Assembly (NCBI GenBank): GCA_041639695.1
Contig: JBEQBQ010000011.1
Coordinates: 1-34,082 of the forward strand
From: Candidatus Nanohaloarchaea archaeon
GTDB lineage: Archaea; Nanohalarchaeota; Nanosalinia; Nanosalinales; Nanosalinaceae
Direction: 5' to 3'
DNA length: 34,082 nt
The notes under the pieces are model-generated. The model did not search any database. It was not told the origin of the DNA and was given only the letters and a program-made list of their open reading frames with translations. Of this stretch, positions 26,285 through 34,082 are shown one piece after another. The stretch's first letter is position 1; each line of letters begins with the position of its first letter. Made by a program: the position numbers and the translations under genes.

Positions 26285-26872
26285 ATGGAGAGCTTTATCG
26301 ACGAGTTCAAGGACGATAGAGAGAAAAACTCGGATATTATCATAGCGATCGATGGTATGGCCGCGGTTGGTAAAGGAACAGTCGCCAAGTTCGTTGCGGA
26401 CAAACTAGGTGTCGAACATTTCTCGGCCAGCGATGTTTTCTACCAGGTTGCGGACGAAAGGAATCTTGAGGATCACGAGCTCTCCGAGGAAGCTGAGAAA
26501 GAACTTGATCTTGAAATCGATAGGAGAACCCTGGAAAGAGCGTTGAACCAGAACTGCGTTGTTGAGGGACGCATCCCGTGCTATGCTGTAGGAAGCTTTG
26601 CGGACCTCAGGATAAAGATGAAGGCCGATCCTAGCGAAAGAGCTAGACGACTGGCAGGACGTGAAAACACCGAACGCAGGGAAGCAGAAGAGATTGTTGA
26701 GAAACGTGACAGAGAGGACTCCAGAAGATACATGGAATACTATAGTATTGATACTTCTGATACCGAGATCTATGATATTGTAATCGATAACACCGATCTC
26801 TCCATAAAGCAGCAGAACAATATGGTACTTGAGGAATTAAAGAAGAGATTTCCAGAAAAGGTGAAAGAATGA
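26285..26872 (+). CDS. cmk: Cytidylate kinase (archaeal type)
   Basis: P-loop IAIDGMAAVGKGT, VVEGR, RYMEYYSID, YDIVIDNT. Confidence 0.9.
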   Translation: MESFIDEFKDDREKNSDIIIAIDGMAAVGKGTVAKFVADKLGVEHFSASDVFYQVADERNLEDHELSEEAEKELDLEIDRRTLERALNQNCVVEGRIPCYAVGSFADLRIKMKADPSERARRLAGRENTERREAEEIVEKRDREDSRRYMEYYSIDTSDTEIYDIVIDNTDLSIKQQNNMVLEELKKRFPEKVKE

Positions 26873-27288
26873 GCTACGAGATACTTGGACACACGGCGGA
26901 CGAGAAGTTTAGAGCGACCGGAGACTCTATAGAAGAAGCTTTCTCCGAATCAGTCAAAGCTTTTGCAGAGATCGTGGGCGCAGACCCTGAAGCAGGTGAG
27001 AACCACCACAGTATAGATATAGAGTCAGAGTCGTACGAGGCGCTTTTCTTCGATTTCTTGGACGAACTGATATTTTTACAGGATACTGAGAGGCAGGTTG
27101 TAACTCATGTTGAATCGATGAAGGTAGAGAAGATCGGAAACGTCAGGAAACTGGAAGCCACTCTGAACACCGATCCGATAGTTGAAGGTTCAGGATTCCT
27201 AGACATTAAAGCGCCTACGTATAATGAGATGAAGTTTGACTACGAGAAAGGTACTGGCTGGGTTCTGGAAGCCGTTCTCGACATATAG
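26869..27288 (+). CDS. Archease (RtcB cofactor)
   Basis: HTAD, IKAPTY, C-terminal VLDI. Confidence 0.95.
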   Translation: MSYEILGHTADEKFRATGDSIEEAFSESVKAFAEIVGADPEAGENHHSIDIESESYEALFFDFLDELIFLQDTERQVVTHVESMKVEKIGNVRKLEATLNTDPIVEGSGFLDIKAPTYNEMKFDYEKGTGWVLEAVLDI

Positions 27289-27302
27289 AAGACGGAAAGT
27301 TG

Positions 27303-27956
27303 TTAGAGGATTTTGTAACCGTCACCGTAAGCTGTTTCAGAGTACCCTCCTGAATTCATAACCCATCCTACACCCCCACTCTCGTATGTACTATCAGAAG
27401 CCGATATTTGAGCCAGTTGAGTCCCGGTACTGTTCTCTAAAGTTGCGGTTATCGTGTTATCGGACGCGTGAGTTATCTCAATTCTGTACCAGCCATTTGA
27501 GGGCGAAACATTCGCACTTTCTAGTGTTGAGGTGTTGCCCCCTCCAGGGTTTCTTTGGATCTTGAAGCTTGATCCTTGTATTCGGGCCCCGTAACCGTTT
27601 GCATCGTGTGTCTCGGTCTGGGTGAACCAGCTGAAGGCCGGACGTCCTCCCTGGAAATAGATCCAGGCTTCAAACGTATCGCCCAGACTCGGATGCGTCA
27701 AGTCGTTTGTATCTGAGATCTGATGATTGTTACCGTTAGTGTTCATCTGGAGAGCGTGACTACCGCTTTTTACCGTTCCGGTTGTGACAGAGAAGTTGCC
27801 GGTATGTCCCCCGTATTCACTGATATCATCATCCTCAAAATCATCGACCACCTGACTAGTTGTGTAGACAGTTACACCATCAATAGTTATCTCTTGCACC
27901 TGTGTTCCATCGATCGTGATTCCCTGTAGCTCAGATCCATCTATACTAATAGTCAT
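27303..27956 (-). CDS. Fibre-tip/lectin-like beta-sandwich protein with N-terminal (I-x-I-D-G)x3 repeats
   Basis: ISIDGSELQG/ITIDGTQVQE/ITIDGVTVY, then VDDFED...GWYRIEI...SGGVGW; rich in G/T/S. Confidence 0.65.
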   Translation of the reverse strand: MTISIDGSELQGITIDGTQVQEITIDGVTVYTTSQVVDDFEDDDISEYGGHTGNFSVTTGTVKSGSHALQMNTNGNNHQISDTNDLTHPSLGDTFEAWIYFQGGRPAFSWFTQTETHDANGYGARIQGSSFKIQRNPGGGNTSTLESANVSPSNGWYRIEITHASDNTITATLENSTGTQLAQISASDSTYESGGVGWVMNSGGYSETAYGDGYKIL

Positions 27957-28159
27957 TTTTTCTCAACAACTCTGCTATGTGCCTAATATTCCATCAAGGA
28001 GTTTTCTCCAAACCTTGAACGAGGAAAAGTTTTTCCTCCCGTATCAAACTATTGATCATGCCCCCTTAAATCAATAAAATAATGCCTGGAGACTGGCCGA
28101 TATAAAATCTGATACTTTAATCAGCAAAGTTCTAACCCTTCAGAACTAGTTCACAGCGG

Positions 28160-28849
28160 CTAGACATAGTCGTCCCTCTCGATAGTGTATACTGAACCGT
28201 TCAGCTTCTTGAACTGGGAGTACTTTTCTTTTTCCATTCTGCGGGAAAGATTGTTCTTACCTCTTTTCCTGACTACCTGGTCTTCTAAGCCGTCCGCAAT
28301 AACGTACTCCGTTCTCTCTCTGAACTCTTCGAAGATGTCCTCAATCTCCGCCCGGCCTTTTTCCCTTTCAAGTTTCGCGACCACGTATTCAAGCACCTTG
28401 TTCTCCTCTTCTATGGATGGAAGGCTTTCCGTATTCTGTTTCACGTACTTCCAGTCGGACAGGTTCGAGCCTGAGATATCCCATTTGTCGCCGAAAACAG
28501 ATTTCTCGACAAGCGAAATATCTTTTGAGACGTGACTCTGGAGTTCCTTCGCTAGTTCGAAAGCTCTGGCAACGGTTTTGTCAGGAATCTCCCCCGGAAT
28601 CTTATGATCCTGAAACTTCGAAGGTTCGACCTCGCTTGTCTTGTAGTATGTTTCTCCTTCCTGCTGGACCATTACGTTGTTTTCCAGTCCTTCATAGATA
28701 TCTTGAATATGCCTTCTGAAGTCTCGGACGGCCTGGTGGCTGTTACCGATAGTTGCCTGTTTTCCTCCCTCCTCATAGAGCTCTATCTCACCTTCAAGAA
28801 CTAGGTTGAAGAAATCGGATATCTCATTCTCTGGCTCCAGTACACTCAT
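28160..28849 (-). CDS. Hypothetical protein, possible C-terminal winged helix
   Basis: 229-aa ORF; C-terminal helices followed by a G-x-x-Y beta hairpin. Confidence 0.7.
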   Translation of the reverse strand: MSVLEPENEISDFFNLVLEGEIELYEEGGKQATIGNSHQAVRDFRRHIQDIYEGLENNVMVQQEGETYYKTSEVEPSKFQDHKIPGEIPDKTVARAFELAKELQSHVSKDISLVEKSVFGDKWDISGSNLSDWKYVKQNTESLPSIEEENKVLEYVVAKLEREKGRAEIEDIFEEFRERTEYVIADGLEDQVVRKRGKNNLSRRMEKEKYSQFKKLNGSVYTIERDDYV

Positions 28850-28929
28850 TCTCTTGTTACTTGATAGAAAGTAAAGATTTTTGAGTGGGAGAGGTCAGGT
28901 TCTAAAGCCTTGGCGCAGAATCAGTAATT

Positions 28930-30366
28930 ATGACAGACTCTAAAGACATCGAACTCGAGAAAGTTTCTGAAAACATCTACGAGATCCCGAAGACCGAAGA
29001 CATGAATGTTCCTGCCCGTGTTTACGCCTCCAAGCTTCTGCTGGAGGAGATGAAAGGCGACGACACTTTGAGACAGGTCAGGAATATGGCGGAGCTGCCC
29101 GGTATAGAAAAGTATTCTATCGTTATGCCTGATGGCCATCAAGGCTACGGGTTTCCTATCGGAGGTGTTGCAGCTTTCGACAACCAGAACGGAATTATCA
29201 GCCCCGGAGGTATTGGCTACGACATCAATTGTGGGGTAAGAGTACTGAAAACGGATTTAAAGCGAGAAGATATTGAGGGCGATGAGCAGAGAATCGCCAA
29301 CATCCTTTACTCGAAAGTTCCTGTAGGTCTAGGTAAAGGAGGTTATATCGATACTGCTAGAGAAGACGTGGTTGAGATACTTGAGAAAGGTGCGGAATGG
29401 ATGCTTGAAAACGGGCATGCCAAAGAATCCGATCTTGAGAGATGCGAGGAGAACGGAAAACTGCCCGGAAACCCCGAGAAAGTTCCGGATAAAGCTATTG
29501 AGAGAGGTTTGAACCAGGTAGGTTCTCTCGGATCAGGAAACCACTTCATGGAAGTCCAGGTCGTCTCCGACATATTTAACGAGGGAACTGCAGAGGCTTA
29601 CGGCCTTGAAGAGAACCAGGTGGTTATAATGATCCATTCCGGTTCTAGAGGGCTTGGACACCAGACCTGTACGAACTATTTGAGGAAGTTCGAGAAAGAG
29701 TACCCCGGAATAGTGGAGAGCATTCCGGAGAAAGAGCTAATATATGCACCTCTGGGAGATAAACTGGCCGAGGATTACCGAGAGGCGATGTATGCCGCCG
29801 CAAACTATGCCTGGGCGAACCGCCAAGCACTAACGGAGGGAGTGAGAGAATGTTTTAACACTTTGTTTGACGATGTGGAGATTGAACTTGTCTACGATGT
29901 CTGCCACAATATAGCTAAAGAAGAAGTTCATGAAGTAGACGGAGAGAAGAAAGAACTACTGGTACACAGGAAAGGTGCTACGCGCGCTATGCCTGAAGGC
30001 AGATCCGAAGTGCCAGATGTTTACTCAGATGTAGGCCAACCGGTACTTATACCGGGAAGTATGGGGACCTCCTCCTTCATTCTATCTGGGGGTAAAAGGT
30101 CTCCAGAAATGAGTTTCGGTTCGACAGCCCACGGCGCGGGACGCTTAAAGTCAAGAACCCAGGCAAAACAGGATTACTGGGGCGAAGACGTTCAGGCAGA
30201 GCTAGAAAGAGATGGAATCCTTGTAAAAGCTGATTCTGGTTCAACTATTGCTGAAGAAGCGCCAGGAGTTTACAAAGATGTAGATGAAGTTATAGAAGTC
30301 TCAGATAAACTAGGAATAGGTCGGAAAGTTGCAAGAATGAGACCTATTGTGAATATCAAGGGCTAG
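28930..30366 (+). CDS. rtcB: tRNA-splicing/RNA ligase RtcB
   Basis: MPDGHQGYGFPIG, DINCG, GNHF, HSGSRG, HRKGA, PGSMG, HGAGR, EEAPGVYK. Confidence 0.98.
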   Translation: MTDSKDIELEKVSENIYEIPKTEDMNVPARVYASKLLLEEMKGDDTLRQVRNMAELPGIEKYSIVMPDGHQGYGFPIGGVAAFDNQNGIISPGGIGYDINCGVRVLKTDLKREDIEGDEQRIANILYSKVPVGLGKGGYIDTAREDVVEILEKGAEWMLENGHAKESDLERCEENGKLPGNPEKVPDKAIERGLNQVGSLGSGNHFMEVQVVSDIFNEGTAEAYGLEENQVVIMIHSGSRGLGHQTCTNYLRKFEKEYPGIVESIPEKELIYAPLGDKLAEDYREAMYAAANYAWANRQALTEGVRECFNTLFDDVEIELVYDVCHNIAKEEVHEVDGEKKELLVHRKGATRAMPEGRSEVPDVYSDVGQPVLIPGSMGTSSFILSGGKRSPEMSFGSTAHGAGRLKSRTQAKQDYWGEDVQAELERDGILVKADSGSTIAEEAPGVYKDVDEVIEVSDKLGIGRKVARMRPIVNIKG

Positions 30367-30418
30367 AACCCTTACGCACCAACATAATTTAAAGGGAGAA
30401 GTGTAATTGGGTTACATA

Positions 30419-30907
30419 ATGAGTAAGGGAATATCGCCTTTGATAGCGTCAGTACTGCTTCTGGCCTTCACTATGTCCATAGCTGTACTGGCAGGACCGT
30501 TTTTCTCAAACACCATGCAGAATGTACAAGGCGACACAGCTGACAGAGCCAGCGATATTTCGAGCCAGGGCGGAGAAATAACTATCGACGACGTAGCTTA
30601 TGATACCGGATCCGGCAACTATACTATTACCATAATGAATACCGGTCAGGGAACTATCGGTAACTTCACCACCACACTTTACGGCGACAAGCCTGTGCAG
30701 ATGAGAGCAAACAAACAGCTCCCTCCAGGCGGAATCGAAAGATTCGAGATCTCTACTGACAAGAATCTCAACTTTACAAGGATGGAAGTTCAGAGCGATA
30801 TGGATTCACCAGGCCCGATCACTTCAGCCGAAAAAGACTTGGGAGACAACGTTGCAGTTGGTGAAGCTCCTTCAGCACCGACAGGCCTCAGCGCCTCCAC
30901 AACCTAA
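30419..30907 (+). CDS. Archaeal type IV pilin (class III signal peptide)
   Basis: MSKG/ISPLIASVLLLAFTMSIAVLA; TTTAAA about 25 nt upstream supports a leaderless start at 30419. Confidence 0.88.
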   Translation: MSKGISPLIASVLLLAFTMSIAVLAGPFFSNTMQNVQGDTADRASDISSQGGEITIDDVAYDTGSGNYTITIMNTGQGTIGNFTTTLYGDKPVQMRANKQLPPGGIERFEISTDKNLNFTRMEVQSDMDSPGPITSAEKDLGDNVAVGEAPSAPTGLSASTT

Positions 30908-31012
30908 ATTTCCCTTTTGTTGAGCAGGTTTGAAGTGAACCACTCGAGAGAAGCAAAAAGTTTAGTTTCTGCCACACCCTATTTATAAAACTTGGTTGAG
31001 ATTTCTTCTTTA

Positions 31013-31054
31013 CCCTTCAGCGTTTCTGAAGGGACAAGCCTCAGGCTTTGAGGC
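31013..31054 (+). promoter_or_regulatory. Two-hairpin 5' leader of the rpl3 operon
   Basis: CCCTTCAG-cgttt-CTGAAGGG and GCCTCA-ggctt-TGAGGC, lying between the TATA box (30982-30989) and the SD AAGGTG. Confidence 0.55.
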
Positions 31055-31078
31055 CTATGGAATCAAGGTGTAGAACAA

Positions 31079-32050
31079 ATGTCACAGGTAAACAGACCAA
31101 GAAGCGGATCACTAGGTTACAAGCCGAAGGTCCGAGCAGACAGAATCTATCCCGCGATCGACACGTGGAAAGAAACAGACGAACAAAAACCTCTAGGATT
31201 TGCTGGCTACAAGGTCGGCATGACAAGAGTCCTTAGAATCGACGATACCGAAGGAGCAACAAAAGGACAGGAAGTTGCAACACCGGTAACAGTACTAGAA
31301 GCTCCACCTCTAAGGGTTTACGGAGCAAGGTTCTACACCGAAGATCTAAACGACGGAAAACAAGTTTACACCGAGGCATGGACAGACTCTCCAGCCAAGG
31401 AACTCCAGGAAGCAACCAACGTACCTAAGGAAGGAAACATGGACAACCTGGAGAAAGCAAAAGAAAACTCAGAGAAAATTACAGATGTTAAACTTCTCGT
31501 TCACACCCAGCCACAGAAGACCGGCGTAGGAAAAGATAAAGCCGCGAACTTCGAGCTGGGAATCGGAGGCGACACAGAAGAAAATATTGAGTACGCCGAA
31601 GAGATGATCGGAAAACAGATCGAGTTCTCAGACGTATTCGACGAAGGAGACTTCTCCGACGCAATCGCCGTAACCAAAGGAAAAGGTATGGAAGGACCTG
31701 TCAAGAGATACGGAATCAAGAAGCTCGGCCACAAGACACAGAAGAAAGAGAGAAAGGCCGGAAACGTAGGTCCATGGCACCCTGACACGCTTTCGTGGAG
31801 AGTGCCTCTACCAGGACAGCAGGGATTCAACAACCGAACCGAGTTCAACAAGAGAATCATCGGACAAGGCGAAGACCCTGAAGACGTCCAGAGAGAAGGC
31901 GGATTCAAGAACTACGGAGAAGTAGAATCAAACTACATCCTAGTCAAGGGATCAGTACCAGGAGCAACAAAGAGACTAGTAAGACTAAGAACCGCTCTAA
32001 GAAAAGACGAAAAACCAGGAACACCTGAAATCACTCACATCAACAGGTGA
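31079..32050 (+). CDS. rpl3: 50S ribosomal protein uL3
   Basis: RPRSGSLG, FAGYKVGMT, VTKGKG, KGSVPG. Confidence 0.97.
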   Translation: MSQVNRPRSGSLGYKPKVRADRIYPAIDTWKETDEQKPLGFAGYKVGMTRVLRIDDTEGATKGQEVATPVTVLEAPPLRVYGARFYTEDLNDGKQVYTEAWTDSPAKELQEATNVPKEGNMDNLEKAKENSEKITDVKLLVHTQPQKTGVGKDKAANFELGIGGDTEENIEYAEEMIGKQIEFSDVFDEGDFSDAIAVTKGKGMEGPVKRYGIKKLGHKTQKKERKAGNVGPWHPDTLSWRVPLPGQQGFNNRTEFNKRIIGQGEDPEDVQREGGFKNYGEVESNYILVKGSVPGATKRLVRLRTALRKDEKPGTPEITHINR

Positions 32051-32058
32051 AAACAGAT

Positions 32059-32817
32059 ATGACAGACACACCAGAACAGTTTAACGAAAGAGTAAGGCCC
32101 GACATAATCAAGAGGGCGTTCCTCTCAATCCAGTCAAAAAACCGGCAGGACTACGGAACAGACCCTGAAGCCGGACTTAAACACGTTACAAGGATCAAGC
32201 AGAGGAACAACGCGTTCAGAGGACAAAAAGGAAAAGGAATGTCCAGAACACCGAAGAAAGCCATGCTCGCCAGAGGACAGCAGTTCTACTGGGTTGGAGC
32301 AAAGGCACCGCACACCAAAGGCGGTAGAGTAGCTCACGGACCTAAAGCCGAGAAAGACTTCGACGAAGAGATCAACGACAAGGAAAGAAGAAAGGCAATC
32401 AGGTCTGCAATCGCAGCTTCGAACGACATCGAACATGTCTCCGAGAAACACGATTACGACGGAGAGCTACCTCTTATCGAGGAAGGTCTCAACGAAGTAG
32501 AGAAGACACAGGAGCTTAAGGAAAGACTCGAAGATCTCGGACTAGAAGATGAACTGGAAAGAGCTTCCGAGAAGAAGGTTAGAGCAGGAAGAGGCAAGTC
32601 AAGAGGAAGAAAGTACAGGACGAAGACCGGCCCTCTCGTAGTTTACGCAGAGGACGAAGGAATCGTCAACGCAGCTTCGAACCTTCAGGGAGTCGACGCT
32701 TCACGTGTCGACCAGTTGAACGCACAGAAATTAGCTCCAGGCGCACAGCCAGGAAGACTAGTTGTATGGACAGAAAAAGCAGTAGAAGAACTAAAAGAAA
32801 AACAGCTTTACAGGTGA
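32059..32817 (+). CDS. rpl4: 50S ribosomal protein uL4
   Basis: VRPDIIKRA, GGRVAHGP, VRAGRGKSRGRKY, LAPGAQPGRL; SD AGGTGA before ATG 32059. Confidence 0.96.
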   Translation: MTDTPEQFNERVRPDIIKRAFLSIQSKNRQDYGTDPEAGLKHVTRIKQRNNAFRGQKGKGMSRTPKKAMLARGQQFYWVGAKAPHTKGGRVAHGPKAEKDFDEEINDKERRKAIRSAIAASNDIEHVSEKHDYDGELPLIEEGLNEVEKTQELKERLEDLGLEDELERASEKKVRAGRGKSRGRKYRTKTGPLVVYAEDEGIVNAASNLQGVDASRVDQLNAQKLAPGAQPGRLVVWTEKAVEELKEKQLYR

Positions 32818-32823
32818 TTTAGA

Positions 32824-33093
32824 ATGGAAGAAGAGAAAGCATGGGACGTGATCGAGAACCCTCACATGACTGAGAAAGCGATGGATCAGGTCGATATGGA
32901 GAACAAGCTTGTTCTTATAGTCGATCTTGATGCAGACAAGAACCAAGTTGAGGACGCGGTCGAGACCCTGTTCGATGTCACGGTTAAAAAAGTAAACACT
33001 AGTATCACACCACAGGCGAAGAAAAAAGCTTTCGTCCGACTTTCAGATTCGGATGACGCGATGGATGTCGCCACGAAAATGGGTATGATGTAA
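32824..33093 (+). CDS. rpl23: 50S ribosomal protein uL23
   Basis: TEKAM, KVNT, KKAFVRL. Confidence 0.97.
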   Translation: MEEEKAWDVIENPHMTEKAMDQVDMENKLVLIVDLDADKNQVEDAVETLFDVTVKKVNTSITPQAKKKAFVRLSDSDDAMDVATKMGMM

Positions 33094-33109
33094 GAGAGGT
33101 GAACAAGAT

Positions 33110-33814
33110 ATGGGATCTCCACTAAGACAACAGAGAAGAGGAAAAGGATCGCCCAACTATAGGGCTAACTCCCACAGAGGAAAGGGAGGAGTAGATCACA
33201 ACAACGCAGAAACCACAGGAACAGTAGTAGATCTACAGCACGATCCTTCAAGAACAGCACCGGTAGCCAGAGTCAAGTTCGACAACGGCGAGACCAAGAA
33301 CGTTCTTGCACCAGAAAACCTCTCAATCGGACAGCAAATCGAAATAGGAAGAGAAGCAGAGATCAAGGAAGGAAACACACTCCCTCTCGGAGAGATTCCG
33401 GAAGGAGTTCCAATACATAATATCGAGCTCCAGCCTAACGACGGCGGGAAACTTGTACGCTCCTCAGGAACGTACGCTTTCGTTGTCACACACGAAAAGG
33501 ACGGAGTAAGAATCAGTCTTCCTTCCAAGTCGTTCAAGAAGCTTTCAACAGATTGCAGAGCGACGATTGGAAAGGTTGCAGCCGGAGGAAGAAAGGACAA
33601 GCCTTTCGTCAAGGCCGGCAACAAGCACAAGGCGATGAAGGCACGCGGAAAGCCTTATCCAAAGGTATCTGCAGTGGCTATGAACGCCGTCGACCACCCA
33701 TTCGGTGGATCAGCAAAACCCGGACAGCCGAAGACAGTTTCCAGGCATGCATCGCCTGGTTCAAAGGTTGGAAACATCGGAGCAAGACGCTCTGGCAAGA
33801 AGAAGAACGACTAG
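33110..33814 (+). CDS. rpl2: 50S ribosomal protein uL2
   Basis: HDPSRTAP, GGKLVRSSG, AMNAVDHPFGG. Confidence 0.97.
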   Translation: MGSPLRQQRRGKGSPNYRANSHRGKGGVDHNNAETTGTVVDLQHDPSRTAPVARVKFDNGETKNVLAPENLSIGQQIEIGREAEIKEGNTLPLGEIPEGVPIHNIELQPNDGGKLVRSSGTYAFVVTHEKDGVRISLPSKSFKKLSTDCRATIGKVAAGGRKDKPFVKAGNKHKAMKARGKPYPKVSAVAMNAVDHPFGGSAKPGQPKTVSRHASPGSKVGNIGARRSGKKKND

Positions 33815-33826
33815 AGGCCTAGAACT

Positions 33827-34082
33827 ATGACAGATGAAGACTTTACATTCAGAGGAAAAAGCCTTGAGGAACTGAAGCAGATGAACCTCGACTCCTTCGC
33901 AAACCTTGCAAACGCAAGAGCGAGGAGAAAGATCAAGAGAGGACTAAACAGAAAAGAGAAGAAACTGCTTTCAGACCTTGAGGACAGCGACACAGCGAAA
34001 ACACACGAGAGAAACATGATCGTTGTACCTTCGATGGTTGGAAAAACCGTTGAAGTTTACAACGGACAAAGATTTATCGAAG
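33827..34082 (+). CDS. rps19: 30S ribosomal protein uS19 (partial, runs off the window)
   Basis: Manual translation: MTDEDFTFRGKSLEEL...ARARRKIKRG...KTHERNMIVVPSMVGKTVEVYNG. Confidence 0.95.
   Translation, partial: MTDEDFTFRGKSLEELKQMNLDSFANLANARARRKIKRGLNRKEKKLLSDLEDSDTAKTHERNMIVVPSMVGKTVEVYNGQRFIE

Noticed and set aside
24675-28929. Provirus or integrative element at tRNA-Ser
   Set aside because: No integrase and no duplicated tRNA 3' end seen, and housekeeping genes (cmk, archease) follow.
4187-30366. Inteins in RNAP subunits, EF-2 or RtcB
   Set aside because: Protein lengths are normal or short, and no splicing or LAGLIDADG motifs were seen.
3908-34017. Many Ser/Phe-rich minus-strand ORFs opposite rpo, EF and ribosomal genes
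   Set aside because: Antisense artefacts of GAA/GAC-rich acidic coding sequence.
1-34082. CRISPR array, rRNA, IS elements
   Set aside because: No repeat-spacer periodicity, no long non-coding stretch and no transposase motifs seen.

Overview
Archaeal core-genome window, most likely Nanohaloarchaeota (DPANN). This is inferred from the very acidic proteins, moderate GC, compact intergenic regions, split RpoB and a divergent RNA polymerase. The backbone is the conserved archaeal transcription/translation cluster: rpoH-rpoB''-rpoB'-rpoA'-rpoA''-nusA-rps12-rps7-EF2-EF1a-rps10-tRNA-Ser(GGA), then cmk-archease-rtcB, a type IV pilin, and the start of the rpl3-rpl4-rpl23-rpl2-rps19 operon. An AsnB-like gene (partial), nucS and radC lie at the left. 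Nearly every junction of the normally contiguous str cluster is interrupted by co-oriented accessory genes, and each core gene appears to have its own TATA box. The inserts include a UbiB/AarF kinase next to a SNARE-like tail-anchored coiled-coil protein, and a putative R-S-E ADP-ribosyltransferase directly behind EF-2. Elsewhere there are two phage-fibre-like adhesin candidates, a pair of diverged orphan paralogues, an unannotated SD-led mini-ORF between the two RpoB halves, degenerate RNAP zinc sites and a structured rpl3 leader. All calls come from motif recognition by eye; no database searches were run.
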